From positions 177,878,001 to 177,942,000 of the forward strand of contig JBITNC010000001.1 in the NCBI GenBank assembly GCA_050084985.1: a DNA stretch of 64,000 nucleotides. Reading direction: 5' to 3'. Below are positions 41,400 through 54,320 of the stretch, one piece after another. The notes under the pieces are model-generated. The model was not told the DNA's origin. It made no database searches and worked only from the letters and a program-made list of their open reading frames with translations. A program made the translations under genes and the position numbers. This stretch comes from Nageia nagi. Its lineage: Eukaryota > Plantae > Pinophyta. Positions within the stretch are counted from its first letter, which is position 1. Every line of letters begins with the position of its first letter.

Positions 41400-43110
41400 A
41401 AAGCATATTTAGGCTCCAATAAGAAATAATTATTTTCATAAATTCCCTTACTCCTATATTCTTATTTGATCTACAAGTACCAAGCAAACACATTCACATA
41501 GCCAATTTATATCTTATGAGAATTTATTGAAAATGAAGTTCAAATCTTCCTCAAGATAGCTTGCATGGACAAGAAGTTCAAAAATGCATATATAATTATG
41601 CATCCCAAAAATAATACAATAATATTCACTCATGCTATTAAACTCTTTCCAACCTTTATCCACTAGACCTACATGGCTACATGCAAGTAGAACACATATA
41701 AAGTTTATGCTGTTAGGGATGGCTACCAAGTGCTTCATTAGATAAAAGAGTTTAAGGGAATATTTTTTTAGCTATGAAATACATATCCTTCAATCATTAC
41801 ATTCCATAAAATCATGTTTTCATCATGCATCATTGTAGGTTTACAAGAGTTGTAGACATATTTAAGATCATAGAGGGTAGTGTGTATTTATGCAAAATAT
41901 AATGTAATTTAAATAATAAATAGATAAATATGCAAAAGAGGATATAATTAATACCAAAAAATTCTTGTTATTTTTATCCATGTATATTATCAAATCTACA
42001 TAAGCATATAAATAAATTACTACATAGAATTTGGGCCTAAATGGTCAATGCAAACATAGGCACTAGATAGTAGAATGAATCCAAAAAAAAAATTGTAAAA
42101 AATGATAAATAGAATATAAAAGTAGAATTATTGTGATTATTGCACCTCTTTTTCTAGCTTTTTTCTCTACAATTGTACAAGATTCCTAAAAATAGTTTAA
42201 TACCATGACTGTGTAGTATTAAAAATAAGGCTTTCACAAATACCCCATCAATATACATAGGTAGTTATGTTTTACTTGACAATATGATGTCAGTAATCAA
42301 GAATGTTATCTTTGTTATACAAATATTTAATAACAATAGGTTTTGAAAATTAATGAAATAAAATATAATTTTCTTTCTACTTGAAAGCATGAACCATGTC
42401 ACTAAGTAATAATCTTTAAATCTTGCATTATTTTTTACCTCCAATAAGTTTCACTCATGCTATTAAATTATTTATAGTCCTTGTTTAAATAAAATGATTT
42501 TATGCATATTCTAAAACCATTGTAGTTCCTTATACTAGATCTCAATAAGCTATTTTATCAAATAAATTCAAGGCCTTTTCAATGTATCTATTTTATGCAT
42601 ATCTTGCGATCATTACAACCCATAAAATTATATGTCATGTCATTATCAAATAGTTATAGGGTCTTATGTATTCTTACATATGTATTTTATATATATGTAT
42701 ATCAAGGCATTCATAACCATAATATTTGATGAAAAATCATTTCAACTACTCTTTGATGGATGTCCATACCTTCTTCTAGATCTCCCATGGTGGCACATGT
42801 TAGACAAATATTGGAAAAGATTAGAAAGTTTAGATTTATATATAACAATAACATTTTCTTAAAAGTCTCTAGGCCCTTAGAAAATTCATTTTGTGAATAT
42901 CATATTCCCATTGTATTCCATGATATTATATCTTGATGAGCTATGTATTAAATAATTTATAAAACCCTTTCAACATAACCCTTTTGCAATCCATGAAACT
43001 ATGTCTGCATCATAAATATTATCATATAATTCATGTGTCTTATGTATGATTCCCTTTTTTTTTATACATATCTACTAGGGTACTCACAACCATAACATCT
43101 GATACAAATC
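41400..43110 (-). pseudogene. Degenerate PLS-class PPR fragments, minus strand
   Basis: 41514..41738 reads PNSINFICVLLACSHVGLVDKGWKEFNSMSEYYCI..YICIFELLVHASYLEE. Further L/S motif remnants lie at 42550-43100 (MDIHQRVVE..). Confidence 0.8.
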
Positions 43111-45299
43111 CTCTTTTAAAGAGACTTTGATGTATGTATAAACCCAATTGTAAATCTCTTAGTTTGGTGCATGCTTTGAGGATGCTATGAAAGTTGAATT
43201 GATCTAGTTGTATTGTTGTTACTATTTATTGTAGTTGGTGAAATAATGGTAATACCTATCAAGGAAATCCATATCTTTGGTATACTTATGTAGTTGACAT
43301 ACATGTGGATAAGTCTATTTTATAAAAATATATTTGTGGACAATCCAAATTTAAGTTCGATTTGATTGATAAGTGCATGAAGGATAAGGACATTATTGAT
43401 TATGTAGGTAGGATTTGAAGATATGCTAAAATGTATAGATATATTCTCTATCTATATTTATAGTAAGAAAAGTGTTCATTATGTGCTTCAACCACCCATC
43501 TCAATAAAGTTTTGCAAGGTTGGTATTCATATCATATGAAGATTATCATTGTAATAGGCAAGTGATGAGATTATATGACCACAAATATTAGAAATAAAAT
43601 ACCATCATATTCAAAAGTGAAGGAGGTGGAGGTGGTATTATGGCCATCTATTTTTACCTCTATTAATACATGATTTCAATTGTAGAGATTGAATGTAATG
43701 TGAATACTGAGGATTTCTTTTATAAAATTAAGTAAGGATTTTTGTATGATATTTAATCAACATCATGACAAAAATAGCCTCTAGTGGTGAACACCTTGAC
43801 CCCTTGGTAAAACCAACCCTTCTTGGTTCATAAATGATTATGTCACTTCCTATCAAGATCCATTATTATACCACTATGTATAACAACATAGAGGATATAA
43901 CTAAAGTTTAGTTACATAATTCCAATTGAATGTAAAAATATGACATTCCATAGAAAAATAGTCATACAAAATCCAATCACAACCATAAATCACATTAATG
44001 AAACCATACTAATCAATAAAGGATAACCCACTTAAGTTGTTATTGATAGGTTAATTAGATTTCCCCTTTTTTCAAATACATATTTATAGCAATAAATTAT
44101 ATTACATGTTATAATTTGTTGTAAATAATTGGTTGGAGAAACCAAGTCATTTGTACCATCATCAATTTTGTTGAGTGATGCAATATATATATTTTACTAT
44201 TTTTAGCTCGTAAGGATTAAGTATCAAAGACTAAACCATGATTAGTAGAAGAAGTGAATTGCAAGCTCTTTTGAAAATAAATTCTTTCATATGGGATGCA
44301 CATCATTTCTTGGAGACCAAGTAGCAATTGCACCCTTAGAATTGACCTAATTGTAGAAGGAATCACCCTAGCTCTATAAGGTTGAAGTTTAAGTCATAAC
44401 TTCATAAATAGTACCAAAGTTTAGCCTACTATATTGTGTATGGATTGTAAGGCATTCATATTAACATTCCAATTTGAGGAATTTGAATTATAATGAATGA
44501 TTTAGTTTCAACCCAAAAAATTGAATATTTGATATAAAACATGTTGTTTGTAATGAATTTAGTGTGGAAAATTACATATTTAAAGAAAAATTCAAAACCA
44601 AACATAATATATAGGATTTACAAAATAAAAAATTAAAGTTTAGCATATTGTTGTACCTTATTAAATTTCAAGATATGGTATTTTTAATTTATTCTTTCTC
44701 TCTTTTCACATTTGATGTTAGGGAAAAAATTAGGGATCAAAGCATCTCCAATAATCATAACAACCTACTTCCTTCTCTCCACTATATAAATCAACCACTT
44801 TTCAACATTTTCCTTGTAAATATTGAGACTAAAATTTAGAGCCTCCACCACCTAAATTATAACTTCATTTAATTTTTTCATAATACGATATCACATTTTC
44901 AAATTAATACACTTCAATGCAAAATATTACTTCCTTATTAATCCCATTGATTAATTATAGGTTAAAAATATGAAATAAAAATATTGGGATTTAAATTTAC
45001 AAGAAATTTAGCACAAGTTCAATTGCCCTTTCTAAAAAGACCCATGCTTGAATCCCATGACATCATCAAAAATGTTTTCAACCTCCTAACCCATCCTTGA
45101 TTCAAAATTTGTACCAAATAACAAAAATCCAATCATATCCAAATTAAGCATTACATGTTTTAATCATCCATCTCTATAAATTTATGTCAGAGTGATATTC
45201 ATTTTATTTTGGTAGGTAAGTGATGAGCTTATATGACTGAAAATACCAACAACAAAAGATCATCACCTTAAAAAAATATATTCAAAACTATAATTAGAA

Positions 45300-45874
45300 T
45301 ACATACAAAGGTTATATTGTTAGGATTGGTTCTCAAGTGCTTCATTAGAATAAAGAGTTTAAGGGTGTCCTTGTTATAGCTTAAATTTCATATCCTCTAA
45401 TCATTGGATTCTAATTAGGGTAATAACAACTAAATATTTGATGAAAAACCATGCTCATACCTTATTCTATTGCTTCTATAGTAGCACATGTTATAAGAAT
45501 ATCAATAAAGGTTATGAAGTAGGGATTTACACCTAAGAATTGTATCTACCTAAAACTCTAAATATATTATTATTCATATCATATAATCATTATTGTCCAT
45601 GAGATTATGCAAGCCATGAGGAAGATGAAAATAATGAGGGAAAATGAAAATCATATTATGCAAGAAAATGAAGTCCATTTTCCTATCTATTTTATTTTTA
45701 AGTTTTTTATTTTCATTAAGGGGTAGTTTTAAACTACCTCTTTTTTATTTATGGGGATGATTTGAAACTGGTCCTAAAAAGTTTCTAATAAAAACCCAAA
45801 TTGAAGTGGTTAAAAATCATTGCATCAAAACCACCTCAAATTACCTTCCCCTAAAGCCCTTTTTTGGCATAGTG
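45300..45874. mobile_element. Second CACTA-like right end, preceded by a minus-strand PPR remnant
   Basis: 45720-45874 resembles 39975-40129 (aaactacctc, gtggttaaaa, aaaaccacctcaa) and ends GGCATAGTG (reverse complement CACTATGCCAAAAAA). 45315-45415 resembles the PPR sequence at 41700-41800. Confidence 0.5.
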
Positions 45875-46199
45875 AAGAGACTTGCTAGATCAAATGATAA
45901 GAATAACTAAGCTATAATAAGGAGATAATAACATAATTTTTTTCCTCTAATATGCTATAATCTGGAGTCACCATAATAGAATTTATGGTATTACCACTTC
46001 AAATAGAATCAAAGAAACCACTACCCCAATTATATAAAAAAGAAACTAATAAATATTTTACTAATTTATTTACTACAAAACCATAGTACTTGTCGACACA
46101 TTCTTAAGATGATATCCTAGGAAGCACACGTAGATTAATTTTCTAGAAGAAGAATGAGGATATTCTAATATATATTAAAGAGGAATAGGTGAAGGACTC

Positions 46200-47260
46200 A
46201 ATATTCTCAATGCATATATATAGGAAAGGCTCTATGACCATATGGATTGCCAATAGATTTTCATAGAGCTTAGTAGTATATATAAAGAATATGTTACTAG
46301 AGTAGTGGAAGAGGCCATAATTAGTGAGAGAATAATTAAAGCCATAAACAACACCTTTTGGCTTTGATCCAAAAAGGATGAGAGATGGAGGACCTAACAA
46401 ACTACACACCAATAGCTTTTTGTTATGTGATCTACAAGATCATAACCAAGGTTATGGTCAATAGACTAAAAATATATTAGTAGGACTTATTTATCTAGAA
46501 TAAGGAGGACTTATATAATATAGGAAAAAAAATTATGGAATTGTGGTAGCATAAGAAGCCATACATTATTTGGGAAAAAAGGAATGTTCTTGAAGTTAAA
46601 TTTAGCTAAAGCTTATGATAGGATGAGTTGGGCTTTTACATAATGAATAGTGCAATGATTTATTTTTAAGGAAGAATAGATACTTGATAGGTATTAGAGT
46701 GCATCTCTATAAAATCCTTATCAATTATTATAAATGGAACTTTATCCCCTCTATTCAAAGCTTCATTATTTTTCATTATTTTTGCATAAGATATGGGATG
46801 ATTTATATAAAATAAATAATAATAATAGTAATAACAATAAATTAGAATATAGATAAATAAAAATATAATACTCACCCACCTCCAACTTGTATATGATACA
46901 ATAATATGGGAAAAAGAAACAATATAGGAAATAATTAGCATCAAAGGAATTTTGATTGTTATAATATGGCCAATGGATAACTACTAAATAAATAAAAGTC
47001 CAAAGTTATGTTCTTCAATATACCTAAAAGAATCTAAGATAGGATAGCACACATATTAAGATTATTATTGGAAACCTTAACCATAGATTATTTGGGTATC
47101 CTCCTAATAAAAAAAAAATCCTAAAAAACAAGGACTAGAAATTAGTAAAAGATAAAATCTAATCAAAGCTATCACTTTGGAACCATAGGTGTTTACGCTA
47201 TGGAGGAAGATTCAAATTATTGAAATTGGTACTAAAAGTAATAATAAGTAAATTTAGACT
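46200..47260 (+). mobile_element. L1 LINE ORF2 reverse-transcriptase remnant
   Basis: PIAFCYVIYKIITKVMVNRL (~46410), LKLNLAKAYDRMSWAF (~46590), a decayed FADD-region motif (~46880) and YLGI (~47090). Confidence 0.8.
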
Positions 47261-48429
47261 AAAATAAGTAGAAATAAAAAATAAATACTAATTTGTTCTT
47301 CATATCTCATAAAGTATTGTAGAAACATTTGAATAGTTATAAGTTCAACCAAGTTTTAGAGCTCAATTGATCACATAGGCAAGGTTCCAAATATAGGTGT
47401 ATTGATCTTCTTACATGTATAATAGGCCAATTAGGATTTCAAAAACCTACCCAAATTAAGTTGCTTCAATTTTGGGTAATTATATATAATTTTAACAAAT
47501 ACAAGATAAACTCATTTTTGAAGAGTTGTATCTTGATAGGTTACTTCCTAGGTTGTATCCCTAGCAACTTTGTTATTCAAAGTTAGAATCAACAAACCTA
47601 GCATGGTGTCAAAGTTGATGTTATTCAAAACCTTACCAAATATTATTTTCTCTTTCATTTTATCGAGTCTTCCTATGTGAAGTTTATCCTTGATCATGAA
47701 AATGTGTATGTTTAAAACTCTTTGTTAATGTTTTAGCTATGTACCAAGGATTTTTCTATGTTTAATGATATTTCCTTGAAAGTTCTTATCTAGCTATAAT
47801 TTCCTAGTCTTGATCTTCCTTAATGGCCTTGTTTTCATAGTCTTGTATCTTATATTAGAGAATTTGTTCACTAGGATTCAGCTAAGTTTTCTATTGTGTG
47901 TCCCTAGAAGTGTTATTATGTTAAGGTGGACCTTTATAAAAGAACCTTAAGGAATATATTGATGTCTAGTTTGGTGATCTAAAGTCTTACTAGATGGTAG
48001 TTTATATTAACATGTCAACTACTTATTATCATTGTTAGTTAGTAACACATAATATTAGGGATAACCCTATGATATATTGTAATTTGAAGCACAAAGGATG
48101 GTGCTTATATCCCTTGTACTTTTACTTCCAAAATAAGGTAGTATGATTGGATAATTATTACAAGAAAGGATAAAAAATTTAAAAATGTAACTACCCAATT
48201 GTCCATCCCAACCAACTCCCGTCAATAATTACCATCTACTTAGCTCAACATGCAAGTTGTAGATAGTGTTCATCCCAACATGCAAGTTATAACAATGGGT
48301 CATGTGGTCTTTATCATGATAGTAAGTGCTCCATTGGTTAATGTTGAAGCTATACCTAGAGATTAGACAAAGAAGACCATAACTCATTGGGAAAATATGA
48401 TGGTAAAAACTAAGCATTAGGATAAAAAA

Positions 48430-48560
48430 ATATTTATAAATATTTTGAATATTTTGTGGTCTCTTGTATTTCAATATCAAGGTGGTCCTTTTATCTTTAT
48501 ACAATGGGTTTATGCACAAAAATTCTATAGAAAGGGCATTATTATGATGTTGAATATTAT
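48430..48560 (-). mobile_element. Possible Ty1/copia RNase H remnant
   Basis: CINPLYKDKR..DIEI weakly resembles the copia motif NPVFHERTKHIDI. Confidence 0.3.
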
Positions 48561-50142
48561 TTTTTGACCATAAAAGGGATTAGATCCCATGAGACACATT
48601 TCAAGCCAAGTTTCAATTAAATAACCAAAATTGGACCACATATGAAGATGTTATTACTTATACTCTTATCTTGTATCTACATAAGTTGAATGTCAAATCA
48701 TAGAAACCTTGGTGGCCTGACTAGAGATGGTATGTTGATACCCCCTTTCTAATATATAAAACTAGGCTCAGTTATTCTTAGCTTTTGACTCATTTACCTA
48801 TGGTTCCTAAGTTGAGTGAAAAGTGGGACCTCATTTCCACTAGAACTAGATGGGAAGGATGAGGAGATTGAACATGGACCATTTTGATGGAACAAAGCTT
48901 TTTCCCTCCCTTCAATGGAAAATAAGGGAGATACTAGTGCCCACTTTGATTTTGTTGTTAGATGTATATGCAAAAGCAATATCAAATAGTATGGGATTCT
49001 TACATTAAACCTAAATAATCATTTTTTACCTAAAGCATCTTATCCCATAGTCTCCCTATGGGAAATCATTTGGTGCATTTGGGAATGGTTGACCCTTGGT
49101 GCCCATTTTATGATGAACTTGAGTCATGTTTTCAACTTTTTTGGTTGTGTAAAAAAGCTATGGGTACCTTGTAGTGGATAGCTTCCTCAATCAGACCCTT
49201 GATGCAAATATCCTTTTCCTAGCAATACACTCTTCTAGAATATTTCCCGACTTTCTCTATCCTACTGCATGAAGTTTGACAATTATTTCTAGTTAGCATT
49301 TTATTTTATTTAGGAAAGTTTAAAATAAAATTCTCTTCAAACATTAGGTTGTAACTTCTAATTTTTATTTTTGACAAGCTTGCAATTTTCCATGATCTCA
49401 AGTTGATAAGGTGGCTATGGAGGTGAACCACCTTTTCTCTTCATTGGATTATTGGGGAACTACCCCATTTGTAATTAGTAGAGTTCTTCTAGACACTTTC
49501 TCTAAGGAACAATCCAAGTCACACTCATGCTAGTGTCCATCATTTTGTGTTTGCATGCATTCCACATTATTGGGATATGATAATTGTCAACTCTTCTCAC
49601 CACAAGAGAATGAGATTGATGTACACTTGGCTACTTCAAAACTCATTGTTGGATGGGGCGATGTTAATGGGCATGCAGAGATGCAAGATGGCTCAAGATG
49701 GATCATTTTAATCCTCAAAAACACCTAGCAAAATATCATTGACAAGGAGGATCGCCCACCTACCTACACTCCTTCATAATTATTGTGACTATTCTTCATA
49801 GTTGTTATGACTATTTAATGCTAACCAATATTACTTAGCTTATGTAGTTGCAAACCATTATTACCACCTTTTATGATTTTATGGCTATTCCAACCCTTTG
49901 ACGATTCCATCTACAATATGTTTTAACCACCACAACTTTTTTTTAATGTAAATATTCTTATATTTTTAATAAAATATAAACATTCACATCAAAAAATTAA
50001 TTATACTATTACTTACGAAAATAATGAACTTCATTGAATATCACCATAAGGTGTTTGAATCGAATTGCTAGTTTTTATGCTGACTTATGCTCTCTCTTCA
50101 CAAGAGCTCTTATTATTCTATAAAGTACAACCAAATATTGTA

Positions 50143-50993
50143 TTACTCTTTCCTGCAAACGCGAGCATTTTTCCATATTCTACCCTTTCTGCAGAAATAA
50201 CCTCTGTCTGGAGCACAGTGGCTATCCTCTCTGCACTTGCACAACTTCTCCAACGCACACCCCTTTTTCAAAACCTCTATCTTCTTCCCTCCAATCCCAA
50301 GAACTCCATCAGTCCAGTCGTTTGAGAACACCCCCTCTGGATCGAACCTACTCTTCACCATCAAAAACTTCTGCAAATCCACACTTCTGTTTGCCAATCC
50401 TTCAAACAAGTGCCCCCCAGACTTACCCCAGTGAAGACCAGACTCGTATTTCTCCACCAGCAACTGCTCAACCTCCTGGAAGACATCCATATTCCACTTA
50501 GGAAAATAGGCCTCCTTCGGGCGATTATACACAATCTCAAACGTCACCATATCTTCCTTATATCCCAAATACGCCTCAGACTTCTTGATAGTTCTCATGA
50601 TGATCCCAGAACCTTCGAATGCGCAGAGGGCCTTGGGATAGACTTCACGAATCTTCTTCATGTCCTTAATGGCTTCCGATGCTCTTGAGAGAGGAACCCT
50701 GATTTCTATATCGTACCTTATTCGAGGCTTAGTTCGACGATCCCACGAACAGATCGACTGGTTTTTGTCAAGTATTTCCGAGGGCGTACAGGAAGAGACA
50801 TTGTCCTTGTCTAGATCATAAACTTGGCATCCTCCCGAGGACTGCATAAGATGGTTGAATCCCACAACGGGATAACCCGTGAAATTCTTGCCATCATTCA
50901 GAAATCCCCCTCCTCTGGGAACCCTATTGTTCATCGACTCCCCACTATCCTCGCACAATCTCTCTGCATCCTCATTGGCTTCAATGGTTTCAA
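50143..50993 (-). CDS. GULLO: L-gulonolactone oxidase-like protein, paralogue 2, exon 2
   Basis: Acceptor TGCAG ends at 50994, and the join is in frame (K-K-V-E-T-I-E-A). Motifs include FTGYPVVG, CSWD, HWGK, FDPEGVFS and a Cys-rich tail. The exon is 851 nt, the same length as paralogue 1 exon 2. Confidence 0.93.
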
Positions 50994-51013
50994 CTGCACT
51001 CCATAAAATTGTT

Positions 51014-51018
<5 letters not shown>

Positions 51019-51046
<28 letters not shown>
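51019..51046. repeat. (TA)14 microsatellite in the paralogue 2 intron
   Basis: Directly visible. Confidence 0.95.
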
Positions 51047-51051
<5 letters not shown>

Positions 51052-51268
51052 CTCAGAAAAGCAAAGGGAAAGTTTTTTTTAAGACCAACATAATCTATAG
51101 GCCGTGGCTTTCTAGCAATGTGTGCCAGCAGCAATGTATGTCTTCAGATGAAAGGGAATTGAACATGGAACCTGTACTCTAGCATGGTCACCAATTCCAC
51201 CAATAAACTAAACATTCAGGAAAAAAAAATTCAGAAAAAATTGTTCATTCCAAGCCTGTGAAACTTAC

Positions 51269-52172
51269 CCTTTTTTGCATTCTCCTCTGCTTTGATCACT
51301 GTGGTGGCCTGGTACCCACTAACCACACCTTCACCAGGAGTATCAGCCGATACCCTTTCGATCTGCCCAGTGAATGCCTTTCCATGCTCAACATACCAAT
51401 AAACGTTGGCAAACTCGAATTTCCTTAAGAAATTCTCCAACCGATCCTCCAAACCATTATCATCCTCCAACTTCAAACTAACCTTGCGTTTGAACATGGG
51501 CTGTAGAGCCAATGTGATCTGCGAGATTGCTCCCAACGTCCCCAAAGAAAATCTCGCGGCCTTCAAATCCTCATCGGATTCCTTCAAGTCAATAACTTTG
51601 GCATACCCTTCAGAAGCCGAGGCAGGGACTACTATTCTCATTCCAACCACATATTCATTGATGGCGGATCCCTTTCCCATTAGACCACTGCCATGGGCTC
51701 CAGTACTGATGGCTCCTGCAACCGAAACTCCATCCCATGAAGTTGAAGCCGGGAATGCCAAATCGAACTTCGCGGCCTCATCTAGCATGTCTCGTAGAAT
51801 AACGCCTGCGTCTACAGTAATGGTTTTTGCCTCTGTATTAAGGAGTTTGGTGGATGTTAAATCTCGGGTGGAGATTATGATCCCACCTTCTCCCACGCAG
51901 GCAAGCCTGGTACTGCTGTGAGCCCAGGCGCTTATGACATTCACTTTTTGCTTGTTCTTCACGGCCTGGGCGACTATGGAAACGAGCTCGTTCTCATTTT
52001 TGGGATAAAAAGATCTGGCAGCAGTGCATGGGGTATTATCCTCCCAAAGGCCTTGGTAGTTGTAAACTGAACAAGAGTCTGTGCATTGTATTGTTGGAGG
52101 AGGAATGGTGCAGGAGAGAACTCCTGCAGCAAAAAGAATGGTGGATAGGAGGAGTATGGTGATGCCCAACAT
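51269..52172 (-). CDS. GULLO: L-gulonolactone oxidase-like secreted flavoprotein, paralogue 2, exon 1
   Basis: ATG at 52172, signal peptide MLGITILLLSTILFAAGVLS, His85 (WAHSS) and STGAHGS. A phase-1 donor GTAAGT is at 51268. The spliced CDS is 1755 nt = 584 aa + stop. Confidence 0.93.
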
Positions 52173-52211
52173 TGTGGATTTTGTGTGAGTCAGGTCAGGA
52201 AGGAGGGCGAG

Positions 52212-52218
52212 ATTTATA
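52212..52218 (-). promoter_or_regulatory. TATA box of paralogue 2
   Basis: TATAAAT on the minus strand, ~40 nt upstream of the ATG. Confidence 0.6.
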
Positions 52219-52379
52219 GCGTAATAGATCTGATGATAGGGCTGATTTGTAGGAAACGGAAAATCGAAGGTCGCCGTTGAAGGACGTAGATTGTTATAAT
52301 TAGGGTTTTCAACGCTCCAATTTTCCAGCACTGTGATTCTCAGGAGGTGGTGCCGGACATGAAGGATTCGTTACCTCTT

Positions 52380-54279
52380 GTGTTTAAATTTGAGGTTCTT
52401 ATGGACGTATTTCACGATTTTAACCGTAAAATACAGCCAATTATAAATTTTAGACGTAATTTTAGATGGTCATACATATCCCTCCCCGTGTTCAAATTTA
52501 TCAGTCAAATTTTATTTTTAATTTTGTATCTTTTATATATATATATAGAAATGTTATACTAAATTTGAATGTTTCTGAATTTTTTATTATAAATAAAAAA
52601 AATTATGATAAAAGGTGGATGTTTCTAAATTTATGTTCTTTCTATTAATAAAAAATTGTATCCTTGATTGGTAATGGCCTATTTCATAATTGTGCCTTAA
52701 TTTTTCTATTATTTCATCATTGGTATTAAGATTCATTAATGATCTCTATTTTGTTTTCTTTTTTTTTTTAACAAGTTTTGAGGCATTCTACTCAGTGTTG
52801 CTCAACTTCCAGAGGAGGTTTTAACTTGTTTCCTATTGATCATTTGAAGAAGTATTTTCATTGAAACTTCTTATTTTCTTTTGAAGGAGTGATTAATTCT
52901 GTAATGAAGTGTATCTTAACTTATTTTTTTGTTACATATTATTGTTCTTGTCTAGCAAACTCTATAATTCATGTCTTCTTAATAGATTTCTATGTATAAT
53001 TTTGTGACAAGCAAAAAGAAATCTATCTTCTATCATTTTTTTTATTTGAAAGTAGATCATAGTAAGTAAACTCAAATGGTATGATTCAGTCTTTGTTGGT
53101 TTGTTTTAAAGACTAAAGTTACCACATTGCTCTACATATTACTATGAACATGTCAAGTATCTTATTTTTGTTCATTTTTCTATGTTACCATTGTAATACT
53201 ATTCTAAGAACATGATTCTCAATATAAACATTGGATACTTTGTGTCATTAGTAGGGCTTGAATCATCAATGGTGGATTGGAACAAGGTTTATGAAATTTT
53301 GTAAGATGTTAAAAAGAGAAGAGTTTATAAAATTTGAGATTCTTTTGCTTCAAACTTTCATGTATTTATATAATAATATATTTTTATTTGTAATATATAA
53401 ATAAATTAATTTTCAAGATTCATTAATTGGATTCTTGTTGTTATGTTTCTAGGTCAATGGAGTGCAAAGAATCACAAGAAGAGAAGATGTAATGGTAGTT
53501 GCACATCTAAGACCCAAGCACTTTCATTGAGGAATTGGATCTCAAATACATAATATAATTTCAATTTTCTTATTTCATTTGTAGCTTTGTATTAAAAAAT
53601 GTTATTCTCTTGTTTATTATTAGGGTCAACTTGTTTCTCCTTTAGCTTTATTCTTTTTCAAATATGCAATGAATGATTTCGTTTGCAAATAATCACCTAT
53701 TTAATGAAAAATTTAAATACATTTATCCACATATTTGATTGTACTTATATTTATTGCATAATCATTATGTGATGAAAATGATCTTATAAAATATGTATGG
53801 GCGTGTTTTTAATATTTTTAATTTATTGCAATTTTTGAAATGAATGATAATTTATTTAGATAAATTGACCATCTAAAAAAATTAATAATATCAAGTTAAA
53901 TATATCAAATTCTTTTCAAGCTTGTTATTTTTCATTTTAGCTTATCTTACTAATAATTATCAAGAATTTTTTTTATAAATCTAATAATTTGATGATAACA
54001 AATTATATATCATATAAACTATTAGTATGAAAAATAATTAACCATAAAATTAGTCAAAAAAATAAATATTTAATATATAAAAAATGAAAACTTAATATTT
54101 AAAGTCAATATTAAATTTAATTTCTTGGAAAAAATTAAAATATTACATTTGAAATTTAAAAAATAAAAATAAAATATCAAATATGACTTGTAAAAATAAA
54201 ATTTAAATGACATTTGAAAGGTAATATAATTGATAAAACATCAAAAAAAAATGATAGGTCGAACTTCAAATTTAGACCC
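52380..54279. mobile_element. Candidate TIR DNA-transposon derivative (PIF/Harbinger- or MULE-like)
   Basis: GTGTTTAAATTTGAGGTTC at 52380 matches the right-end reverse complement GGGTCTAAATTTGAAGTTC (16/19). An additional inverted match, ttagatggtca/tgaccatctaa, lies at ~52462 and ~53866. The TSD is ambiguous. Confidence 0.45.
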
Positions 54280-54320
54280 TTACATGTGATAGATTTCTTG
54301 GTGCACTTATATATATATAT

